This document shows positions 30,001-39,004 of a stretch of DNA of 64,000 nucleotides, one piece after another. The notes under the pieces were generated by a model. It worked only from the letters and a program-made list of their open reading frames with translations, searched no databases and was not told the DNA's origin. This DNA is from Verrucomicrobiota bacterium. Lineage in GTDB: Bacteria; Verrucomicrobiota; Verrucomicrobiia; Limisphaerales; UBA8199. Every line of letters starts with the position of its first letter. Position 1 is the first letter of the stretch. A program made the position numbers and the translations under genes. The stretch is from NCBI GenBank assembly GCA_050011195.1, contig JBEKJO010000011.1:4958-68957 (forward strand). Direction: 5' to 3'.

Positions 30001-32783
30001 CCGACGATGCCCACGTCCAAGGCGCCGTTGGCGTTGACCGTGATCGTCCCTGTGCCTGCCGCGCTCGCCGAGTTAGTGAGATATACCGTGCCGTTTGCGT
30101 CAATGATGGTGCCGCCGCTGTAAGTGTTGGCGTTGGTCAGGGTCAATGTGGCGTCGCCGGCATAGGTGAGCGAGTACGGGCCGCTAACGACAGTGCTGAC
30201 CAGCGTGATATTGCCGCTGCCGCCAATGGTGGTGTTGCCCGCCAGAACGATGCCGCTTTGGGTGCACTCGAGGGCGGAGCCGGAGATGCCATCGTTAATC
30301 AGCGCCCCGGCGCCGCCGGGGCCGGCGCCCGCGAGCGTGAGCGTGCCCATGCCGAGCGCCGTCAAGCTCTGGCCGTTCAAGTCAAAATAGCCGTCCGGGC
30401 TGTTGACCGTGAGGGCGGTGGTGTGGTAGAGATCGTAGCCGCCGCTGCCGTTCAACCTAAGCCCGGCGCTGTTGTTCGCGGCGCCGATGCCCACGGAGCT
30501 GTTGCCGCCGCCCAGCCCGTGCACGGTGGAAGTGCTGGTTTTATTGATGATCACCAGCCCGGAATTGATGGCCATGGTGAGACCGCTGTTGTCCATCCCG
30601 CCGCCCAGGATCAGTGTGCCGGGGCCGACAAAAGTCTGGCCGGCGCCTTCGAGCTGGCAGTCAATGGCTGTGGCGGCGCCGTCGGGAACAGTGATCGTCG
30701 GCCCGCCGCTCAAGGTAAGGACCGCGGATGCGCTACTACTATTGGTTACTATAGTATAACCCGGCGTAGTGAAGACGAGTCCGTTCGCGGTCTCGTTGTT
30801 TGCCAGCGTGACAGTTCCGGCGGTTCCGGCAAAGGTCGCGATATTGTTCGTGATCCACGTGGTATCTGAACTTCCGCTGACCCACCAGTCGGATGTAGTG
30901 CTGTCCCAGCTTCCGGTGCCACCGCCGCCGGGGCTGGCCTTCAGGCCGGCGGCATCCCAATAGATGCCACTATTAGCCGTAACATTGAGGGTGCCGTTGC
31001 CGCTGAAGAAGGCGTACTGATAGGTCGCACCCGAAGTGGCCGAGCCATAGGTTCCAACCGCCATGGGAAAGCCGCTGAAGAAGAGGGCTTTTATGGTCTG
31101 CGTGCCCGAGAAATTGAGGTCCACCGCGCCGGCGGCGAGCGTATTGGTCAAGAGGTTGAGGATGGCGGTGGAAGCCAGGGCGGAGGTGTTGTTGTCAAGC
31201 TCGAGGGTGCCCCCATTGACCGAGACGTTGCCCGTGATATAGCCGGTGGCGCTGACGTCGAGGGCGCCCCCATTGACGATGAGGGTCCCGATGGAGCCGT
31301 TGACGGTTTGGCTGCCCGCATTGAAGGTGAGGGTCGTGATAGAGCTGGAGGCGAGGTCGCTGAGGGTGCCCCCATTGACGGTGAGGTTCGCGGCAGTGCT
31401 GGAAGCGTTGAGGGCGAGGGTGCCGGTGGTGAGGGTGATGGCGCCCGAGATCGTGCCGCTGTTGGTCACGGCGCCCGCATTGAGGGTGAGGGCGCCCGAG
31501 ATCGTGCCGCTGTTGGTCACGGCGCCCCCATTGACGGTGACGGTGCCCGCGACAGTGCCGCTGACGTTCAGAATGCCGGCGCTGGCCACGGTCACGGCGC
31601 TGCCCGAGGCCAGCGAGCCGGGGCTGTTGACGTTGAGCGTGCCGGCGGTGATCATGGTGTTGCCGGTATAGGTGTTGGCGCCGGTTAAGGTGAGGTTGGC
31701 GGCGCTCTTGTTCACGGTCAACGTGCCTGTCCCGGAAATGATACCCGACAGGGTCTGTGGGGTTGAGCTGGCGTAAGTGAACACTCCGTAGTTGGTAATG
31801 AGGCCCGAATAAGCGCCGCTACCGCTGCCGGTGTCGCCTAGGTCACCCGAGCCAATGATGCTGAGCGTGGGAGTGTAGCCGCCCCAATTGGTGATGGTCG
31901 TGCCGCCAGTGTAAGTGTTAGCCCCGCCCAGCTCCAGCGTGCCGGCATCCGCTATTATAAGCCCGGCTCCGGTGCCGCTGATGACGCCGCTAATCTCGGT
32001 CACTTCCGTCGCCGTTGAGGACGTCTCGAGGATGGTATATCCTGAAGGCAGAGAAAAGCTGCCGGAAAAGGTCGTGCCGGGAGCGCCTGACACGGGATTG
32101 CCGCCGGCTAGATTTAAAGTATCGCCCGCCGTGGGGAAGGAAAAGGCATTGGTGATGGTAATCGCGATTTCAGGGAGAGAATTGTTAACCAGCGCGCCGC
32201 CGGGGGTGCCGTTCATGGTAATGGTACCCGAGCCGAACGAATTGTTGTTGTAGTAATAAATAATCTGGCCGCCGGTAAGCTCGGTTCCCCCCGCGTAGGT
32301 GTTGGTGGCATTCAAAGCGATGTAACCGTTGCCGTGCTGCACCAACTGACCCGCCCCTGTAATCGGGAGATTGAAGATGAGATTACCCACCCCATCGCAG
32401 TAAAAACTCTGCGACCCGCTGGGAATTGAAATCGAGCCGCTGGAACCGCTGTTGAAGGTAATGTTCGTTACATAGGAGCAGCTAGGGTTCTGATATCCAG
32501 TTCCCAAGCCAGCGCAGGTTACGGCGCCGTTGACGGTGATGGTCAGAGCGGAGATGCCGGCGGTGCCGGCGGTAAATAGAGCTGTGTCGCCGCTCGTGAA
32601 GGCAACCGGCGAAGCGGTCAATGCCGAAGTGGGAGACCAGTTTGCGGTGGTGGTGTCCCAGGTGCCGCTGGAGGGCGTGCCGGTCCCGTTGTTGTCCCAC
32701 CAAAGGGTTTGTGCTGCGGCGTGATTCGCCAGAAGGCAGAACACGAGGCCGAGGGTAGCGGTGGTGAAGGATTTAGAGTTCAT
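27066..32783 (-). CDS. Giant surface protein: autotransporter-associated beta-strand repeats + PA14 domain + Ig/MBG-like C-terminal domains
   Basis: Start at [25 protein letters not shown] (signal peptide). [11 protein letters not shown] / NTYSGGTII repeats occur many times. PA14-like FSVRWIGQL...[18 protein letters not shown]...[27 protein letters not shown] resembles an MBG domain. Confidence 0.88.
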   Translation of the reverse strand: [1905 protein letters not shown]

Positions 32784-33073
32784 AGTTTTGTCTGCTGTTT
32801 TTAGTATTGTTTTTGTTTGCGGTTGAACGAGGCCGCCGCTGACGCTCGCGCCTGGCGGTTGACATACGGGTTCGGTTGGCCACATCGCGCTGACGCGCTA
32901 CGTTCTGCGGGACATTTAACATTCCAAAGCTCACATTGTCGAACACCGGTTACCAAATCGCGCTTCGGGGCGCAACAAAGAAGACGAACAATGTTTCGGA
33001 AAACCCTTCCCCTGTTGGGTAACCTTTTCCCATGAGTCAACGCGCCGGTGCCTGCCCCGCTTTATGCTTTCAG

Positions 33074-34915
33074 CTAGCCTCCGCCCGCGTCCTCTGCTTC
33101 CGATTGCGCCATCAGTCGGACACGCGCGGCTTCCATTTCGGCTTTGACCTGGGCGATCCGGGCGCGGATCAGCTCACGGTTCTCCTCTCTTGCGGTGATG
33201 AGTTCCCGGGTCAGCGCTTCGATGCGCTCCTGATACGCCGAGTTCTGCCGCTGGATCTGCTGCTCGATTCGGGCCAGCCGCTCTTCCACCGCCAGCGCCT
33301 TGAGCGTGGCAACTTGCTGTGCCCCTAACAACTGCGCCCGGTCGGCTATCAGTTTCCGCACCAGCTTCTGTTTCAGCCAATGGCGCAAGTGCGGTATCAG
33401 CTCGCTGCGGATTACGGCGGTAGCCCGCTCCGCGCGCTGCTCGGCGACCAGGGCCCGCTGGCGCAACACTTCGGCCTGGGTCTGTGTCGCCCCCGGTGCC
33501 TTGATGTGAATCAGTGGGCGCGACGCGGGCGACGCCGCCCCGTTTGCTGGTGCAGCTCCGGTTACCGACCGTGTCCCTGCCACAACAGTGTACGACGACG
33601 GGAAGTCTCCACCACCCTCGCCCCAGTCGGTGATTAAGGCTGGTGTTGACGGTGAAAACGGTCGTTTTCGCCTGGCCAAACTCCACACCACTGCGGCGAC
33701 CGCAATGATCCCCCCCACCACTGCGGCTGTCACGAAGTGACCGTTGAAAGCCTGCGCGGGAGCTGTCGGAGTTGGAATGGGAGAGGGAGCCGCGACCGCC
33801 GGTTGCACCGGTTGCTTGGGTGGCGCGGTCTTCGCAGCTTCACTTGCCCTGGCTTCCGCCTTGACCTCACTGGCCCGGCTTGAGCGAGGTGCTTCCCTGA
33901 CAGGCAACGCCTTGGTTGCCTGGGCCGCGACGGCCTTAGCCGGGTCCAGCTCTACGTCGCACGTCACCGGACGATGCACGAACGCCGGCGTGGACGGGAT
34001 GCGCGGGTTGGTGGCGCAGCCCGCCGGTTGGGTGAAAATGTAATCGACCGTGGTGCCAAGCTGTCCGGCCCTGCCGGGTCGGGTAACCCTCTCTGCGGCA
34101 GGCACCTCCAGGAAAGCATCGCCAAACCCGGCCTCCTCCAGCATCTGCAAGGGCCTGTCTTGCGCAGCCAGCTCGTCTGGTGTGCCAGGGTCGAACGTGC
34201 CGCCCACCACCAGGACCTGCGCCCGGTTGGCCACCCAATTCGTCACCGAACCAACCTGCTCGAGCAATTGAGCAACCGACGCCGCTTGTGCCCGCAGATT
34301 GGCCGCGCTCTGCCCGGGGTCGGCCCCCCTCGCCGGTGCAGTGCCTGCCTGGACCGAGAAAAAACCGATCCGTTGCTTGCCAATCTGCAGAGCGGCAAAG
34401 GCCACGCCGCCCGGCAAGGCTGCCTGACCCTTCGTTCGCCACGCCTCCGACCACGAGAAATAGGCCTTCCGCTTGGCTAAGATCGCCACCTGCTGTCGGC
34501 GTGCGGTCCCCGTTCGCGGGTCCTGAAACGACGAGCAGATCAAGACCTTGTATTCGGCGGGCTTGAGCGCCTGCGCAAGCTGGTCGCACATCTGCCAATC
34601 ACTGACCTGCTGCAAAAGGATCACGTCCGGGTTCTGCCTCTTTAAGGCGGCGGCTGCTTGCCGGATGCTGGTTTGATTCGTGCTGGCCGCCGCGTTGGTT
34701 CGGCCTGCGACCGTTGCCGACTCCAGGTTCCACGTGGTTACGCGGATCGTATCCGCAAAACAACTCGGGCTCAAGATGAGCAGCGCCAGCGCCAAGCCGG
34801 CAATTTCACAAGCTGATATGCAACGCAGGTCTCCTGACCTCCACGTGCCGCAGCCTGCCCGACCGCCTGCCGACTGGGAAGTCGGCGATGCGGCTGGGTC
34901 GTCCACCATCGTCAT
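33074..34915 (-). CDS. Endonuclease/exonuclease/phosphatase (EEP)-fold ectodomain, single TM helix, cytoplasmic coiled coil
   Basis: IRVTTWNLE and VDYIF...FVHRPVTCDV are EEP landmarks. TM helix is FVTAAVVGGIIAVAAVVWSL. The C-terminal ~150 aa are heptad-rich (ERLARIEQQIQRQNSAYQERIEALTRELITAREENRELI). Confidence 0.7.
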   Translation of the reverse strand: MTMVDDPAASPTSQSAGGRAGCGTWRSGDLRCISACEIAGLALALLILSPSCFADTIRVTTWNLESATVAGRTNAAASTNQTSIRQAAAALKRQNPDVILLQQVSDWQMCDQLAQALKPAEYKVLICSSFQDPRTGTARRQQVAILAKRKAYFSWSEAWRTKGQAALPGGVAFAALQIGKQRIGFFSVQAGTAPARGADPGQSAANLRAQAASVAQLLEQVGSVTNWVANRAQVLVVGGTFDPGTPDELAAQDRPLQMLEEAGFGDAFLEVPAAERVTRPGRAGQLGTTVDYIFTQPAGCATNPRIPSTPAFVHRPVTCDVELDPAKAVAAQATKALPVREAPRSSRASEVKAEARASEAAKTAPPKQPVQPAVAAPSPIPTPTAPAQAFNGHFVTAAVVGGIIAVAAVVWSLARRKRPFSPSTPALITDWGEGGGDFPSSYTVVAGTRSVTGAAPANGAASPASRPLIHIKAPGATQTQAEVLRQRALVAEQRAERATAVIRSELIPHLRHWLKQKLVRKLIADRAQLLGAQQVATLKALAVEERLARIEQQIQRQNSAYQERIEALTRELITAREENRELIRARIAQVKAEMEAARVRLMAQSEAEDAGGG

Positions 34916-35093
34916 CTGTTGCTGCGAAATAATGAGCGTATCTCAACCCGTCGCCCCGGTCACTGTCAAGAAGCGACTGCACTGGAGCGCGACTTTCCCC
35001 AGCCGCGCCCGCAACGAGGCGGTAAGCGCGTTCAGTGGCGTTGAGCCCTGCGACATGGCCATTCTCAACCCCCCGATCACCCATCGTGGGGCT

Positions 35094-35936
35094 TCACCAG
35101 GGGCCAGGATCGAGGTCTGCGGGATGAAAGAATACGGTCCAACCACTGTCCGCCGACCCGATGTCGATGGTCGTCTTGTATCTGGCCAGATCGAATTTCC
35201 TCCAGAGCACACTGCCATCCTCGTAGAGGAAATTCCCCCCGATGGATACACCCGCGTTATTCCGATGGTTCGCGAAGGGAAAGCTCTGCGGGGTCACTCC
35301 GGTCGTGCCGAACCAGGCAAGGTTCGGGATCGAGCCGGTGGCCTGTATCTTGTCAATCATGACCGGCGCCTTGCGATACGAACTGCCAAGCTTCGTCCGG
35401 TAAACCCATGCACCAAGCCCTTGGTCATTGTAGTTCGGCCATCCGTTCGCATCGCGTCCGGGCAGAAACTGGTAACCGATCAGGTTCACCTTGTCTTCCT
35501 CCGATTCAACGGCGCGGTGCCATTCATCGGTGGGGCAATAAAGCACGTCCTGCACGTTCCGCTCCCCTGTGGTTGTGCCCGGGTGGTTGGGATACAAGTA
35601 CTGCGGGTAAAAATTGGTGTTCAGACTCAAACCCATCCAGGCAAAACCGCTGGCTCCGTCGGTGGTGGCGTTAACCACGAAGCATTCCCGGTTGTCCCCG
35701 GCATACAGGGTGACAGCAATCCCCCATTGCTTCAGATTGCTGGCGCACTGAACCCTCACCGCCTTCTCCTTGGACCTGACCAACGCCGGCAACAGCAGGG
35801 CGGCCAGGATGGCGATGATCGCGATCACCACCAGCAACTCGATTAAGGTAAACCCCCGCCGCCACAGCCGGCCGCTGCGACGCAAAGAACCAAGCCGGCT
35901 GCCAGACATCATGTTCATCTTCGGTCCCCGCAACAT
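35094..35936 (-). CDS. Prepilin-type N-terminal cleavage/methylation domain protein (DUF1559-like)
   Basis: [30 protein letters not shown] leader. Several in-frame Met codons occur near the 5' end, so the exact start is uncertain. Confidence 0.88.
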   Translation of the reverse strand: MLRGPKMNMMSGSRLGSLRRSGRLWRRGFTLIELLVVIAIIAILAALLLPALVRSKEKAVRVQCASNLKQWGIAVTLYAGDNRECFVVNATTDGASGFAWMGLSLNTNFYPQYLYPNHPGTTTGERNVQDVLYCPTDEWHRAVESEEDKVNLIGYQFLPGRDANGWPNYNDQGLGAWVYRTKLGSSYRKAPVMIDKIQATGSIPNLAWFGTTGVTPQSFPFANHRNNAGVSIGGNFLYEDGSVLWRKFDLARYKTTIDIGSADSGWTVFFHPADLDPGPW

Positions 35937-36036
35937 CTGTCGCCAGCCTATGAACGAAGACCTGCCCCGTCAAGTCAGAATTGGCCTGGGGTTCGAGCTT
36001 TACTGCCTCCGTCCAATCCCCTACGCTCGGTGCAAA

Positions 36037-37059
36037 ATGAGAGCCGGGATTAGCAGATGCTTCACCACGTTCATCGCAGTGTTGCCGTTCGCTCTCGCCG
36101 GGTGGACGCGCGCAGCGGACGGGGTCGTCTATCCGGGCCAGCAGGGGCCAGGCAAGGGCAAGCAGATCGTCTTCCTCGCGGGCGACGAGGAGTATCGCTC
36201 CGAGGAAGGGCTGCCGATGCTGGCGAAGATTCTCGCCGTGCGGCACGGGTTCAAGTGCACGGTGCTCTTCGCCATTAACCCGGCGGACGGCACGATCGAC
36301 CCGCTCACGCTCACCAACCTGCCCGGCCTGGCGGCGCTCGACTCCGCCGACCTCTGCGTGATGGGCCTGCGCTTCCGCGAGCTGCCCGATCAGCAGATGA
36401 AGCACTTCGTGGATTACGTCAACGCGGGCAAACCGATCATCGCCTTGCGCACCAGCACGCACGCGTTCAAGTACGATCACAACCGCGAAAGCCCCTATGC
36501 GAAGTACGACTGGCACAGCCAGGATTGGCCCGGCGGCTTCGGCCAGCAGGTGCTGGGTGAGACGTGGGTCGATCACCATGGCAGCCACGGGAAAGAAAGC
36601 ACCCGCGGCGTGATCAACCTTGCCTTCCAGGACCATCCGGTGCTGCGCGGTGTGGCCGATGTCTGGGTGCCGACCGATGTCTATAGCGTCATCCATCTGC
36701 CCAAGACTACCCAAGTGCTCGTCTGGGGCCAGGTCTTGTCGGGCATGAAACCGACTGACCCGCCGGTCCAGGGCGCCAAGAACCATCCGATGATGCCGCT
36801 GGTCTGGCTCCGCAATTACACGGGCGAGAGCGGCAAGACCTCGAAGGTGTTCACCACCACGATGGGTGCGGCGGTTGACCTCGAGAACGAGGGCCTGCGC
36901 CGGCTCTTGGTCAATGCCTCCTATTGGGCCGTCGGCCTCCAAGAGAGAATCCCGGCCCAAGCCAACGTCGATTACGTGGGCGAATACAAGCCCGGCTGGT
37001 TTGGCTTCGGCAAGTTTAAGCCGGGGCTGAGGCCGGAGGACTTGACGCTGAAGCATTGA
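36037..37059 (+). CDS. Secreted ThuA-like (class I glutamine-amidotransferase-fold) protein, putative
   Basis: Signal peptide MRAGISRCFTTFIAVLPFALAGWTRA. The overall pattern (IVFLAGDEEYRSEE...ALRTSTHAF...WVDHHG) resembles ThuA-domain proteins. The family call is from memory only. Confidence 0.6.
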   Translation: MRAGISRCFTTFIAVLPFALAGWTRAADGVVYPGQQGPGKGKQIVFLAGDEEYRSEEGLPMLAKILAVRHGFKCTVLFAINPADGTIDPLTLTNLPGLAALDSADLCVMGLRFRELPDQQMKHFVDYVNAGKPIIALRTSTHAFKYDHNRESPYAKYDWHSQDWPGGFGQQVLGETWVDHHGSHGKESTRGVINLAFQDHPVLRGVADVWVPTDVYSVIHLPKTTQVLVWGQVLSGMKPTDPPVQGAKNHPMMPLVWLRNYTGESGKTSKVFTTTMGAAVDLENEGLRRLLVNASYWAVGLQERIPAQANVDYVGEYKPGWFGFGKFKPGLRPEDLTLKH

Positions 37060-37086
37060 AGCGCGAAACATAATCTGTGTAATTCA

Positions 37087-38556
37087 ATGCCGGGCGAAAC
37101 CAAAACATACGATTTGATCATAATCGGCGGCGGCCCGGCGGGAATCATCGGGGCCGCCACCGCCAAAGCCGCTCACAAGACGGTCGCCCTGGTGGACAAC
37201 CACCGGGAACTGGGCGGGGCCGGCGTTAACACCGGCACGGTCCCCAGCAAGACCCTGCGCGAAACCGCCCTGGCTTTGTCGGGAATCAAGGCCCGCAAGC
37301 TCACAGCGGTGGACCTTTCCCTGAAGTACGAGGCGACGGTCGCCGATTTCCTCAGGCACGAACAGCACGTGAAGGACGGCTTTAATGCGACGATCTCCCA
37401 GCAACTCAAGGCGGATAAGGCTGATGTTTATTTTGGAACCGGGTCCTTTGTGGACGCGCACACGGTCCGGGTCCGGCTCGGGCAGACGCGGCAGAACTGG
37501 GCGCCGTCGCTCCCCGCCAGCGGAGAGGTCTTGCTCCACGGCCAGAGCGTCCTCATCGCGACGGGCTCCTCTCCGCTGCGCCCGGCGCTTTTCCCCTTCG
37601 ACAGCCCGGAGATCTACGATTCGGACACGATCCTGGCGTTGGACGGCCTGCCGGAGCGACTGGCGGTGGTGGGCGCGGGGGTGATCGGCAGTGAATACGC
37701 CTGCACGTTCGCCATCCTCGGGACAAGTGTCCACTTGATTGATGGCCGCGACGTGCTCCTGCCCTTCCTGGACGGGGAAGTGTCGCGCGCGCTGGCCACC
37801 GCCATGGGACGCAACGGTCTGGTGTTCCATCTGAAAGAGAATGTGCAGGAATGCCGCGGGCGAGGCTCAGCCGGCATCCGACTGTGCTTGTCTTCGAGGA
37901 CCACGTTGACGGTTGACGCGGTGCTGGTCGCAGCCGGACGAAAGAGCAACACGGAAAAGCTGAACCTGCCGGCTGCGGGCGTCGCGGTCGGCGAACGCGG
38001 GCTGATCCCGGTGAACGACCAGTTCCGCACGAACGTGCCCCACATTTACGCTGCCGGCGACGTGATCGGGTTTCCGGCGCTGGCCTCGACGAGCATGGAA
38101 CAGGCCCGCCGGGCGGTGCGACACGCCCTCGGGCTGGAGAATCGCGTGGGCATTTCGCACCTATTGCCCAACGGCATCTACACGATCCCCGAAGTCAGCA
38201 TGGTGGGCGAGACCGAGGAGTCGCTGAGAAAGCAGGGCGTGGACTACGTCGTCGGACGGGCGAAATACCAGGACAATGCCCGCGGCCGCATCATCGGCGA
38301 CCTGGACGGCTTCCTCAAACTGCTGTTCCGCCGCGGAGACATGAAGTTGCTCGGCGTGCACATCATGGGCGAGCAGGCGACCGAAATCGTCCACGTTGGG
38401 CTGATGGCCATGCTGGCGGGCTGTACCGCTGATGTCTTCGTCGAGGCCTGCTTCAATGCCCCTACGCTGGGCGCCCTCTACAAGTCCGCCACCATCGACG
38501 CGATCCTCAGGGCCTCGGGCTCCGCGGCTTCCCTGACCGCCCTGGCGGAGGCCTGA
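37087..38556 (+). CDS. sthA: Soluble pyridine nucleotide transhydrogenase (Si-specific NAD(P)+ transhydrogenase)
   Basis: Collinear with E. coli SthA: YDLIIIGGGPAG, IYDSDTILALDGLP, VVGAGVIGSEYA, GIYTIPEVSMVGETE, GFLKLLF. The redox disulfide of lipoamide dehydrogenases is absent (GGAGVNTGTVPSK). Confidence 0.9.
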   Translation: MPGETKTYDLIIIGGGPAGIIGAATAKAAHKTVALVDNHRELGGAGVNTGTVPSKTLRETALALSGIKARKLTAVDLSLKYEATVADFLRHEQHVKDGFNATISQQLKADKADVYFGTGSFVDAHTVRVRLGQTRQNWAPSLPASGEVLLHGQSVLIATGSSPLRPALFPFDSPEIYDSDTILALDGLPERLAVVGAGVIGSEYACTFAILGTSVHLIDGRDVLLPFLDGEVSRALATAMGRNGLVFHLKENVQECRGRGSAGIRLCLSSRTTLTVDAVLVAAGRKSNTEKLNLPAAGVAVGERGLIPVNDQFRTNVPHIYAAGDVIGFPALASTSMEQARRAVRHALGLENRVGISHLLPNGIYTIPEVSMVGETEESLRKQGVDYVVGRAKYQDNARGRIIGDLDGFLKLLFRRGDMKLLGVHIMGEQATEIVHVGLMAMLAGCTADVFVEACFNAPTLGALYKSATIDAILRASGSAASLTALAEA

Positions 38557-38823
38557 GCTGGCCGCCGACGGCGAGGATGCTTTGGGCCGGGCGCACGCAG
38601 GGGAGTTGGAGTTTGGACATCGGCGGCCCGACACCAACTCTCAAGACCAGCCGGTAACCAGGTCCGCCGGGGCGCTATCCTAAACACCCTTGACGATGAC
38701 ACTTTCATCCCGCACGGTATGGTTGCTGAAACGATCGGTTGGTCCTCACAGAGAGTTGCGGGCAGATACGGGTGTCGCACGCTCCCTGCGTGAAGCCGGT
38801 CAGCACGAATACAGACACTGATT

Positions 38824-38925
38824 ATGGGTTCACTAAAGAAACGACGGAAAGCGAAAATCAATAAGCATAAACGGCGCAAGAAGCTGCGCGCGCATCGTCA
38901 CAAGAAGCGCACCTGGCAGAAGTAG
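38824..38925 (+). CDS. 33-aa bS22-like (AURKAIP1/COX24-type) small ribosomal protein candidate; below the ORF-track cutoff
   Basis: ATG...TAG encodes MGSLKKRRKAKINKHKRRKKLRAHRHKKRTWQK. It has the same length and the same MGS-x-KKRRK...KHKRRK pattern as actinobacterial bS22. Confidence 0.65.
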   Translation: MGSLKKRRKAKINKHKRRKKLRAHRHKKRTWQK

Positions 38926-39004
38926 CCCACAAGCCGTTCGAGGCTGCCGACTCGTGGATTCAGCGCCACCCGTTCCCGGAGCGGGGCGGGTGGTGTATTA
39001 CTAT

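Noticed and set aside
31440-31541. Tandem direct repeats (this one, plus 12146-12226, 54931-54975 and 59831-59865) were considered as a possible CRISPR array.
   Set aside because: The units are contiguous with no unique spacers. Two of them are in-frame coding repeats. The units are only 7-51 nt long, and no cas genes are present.
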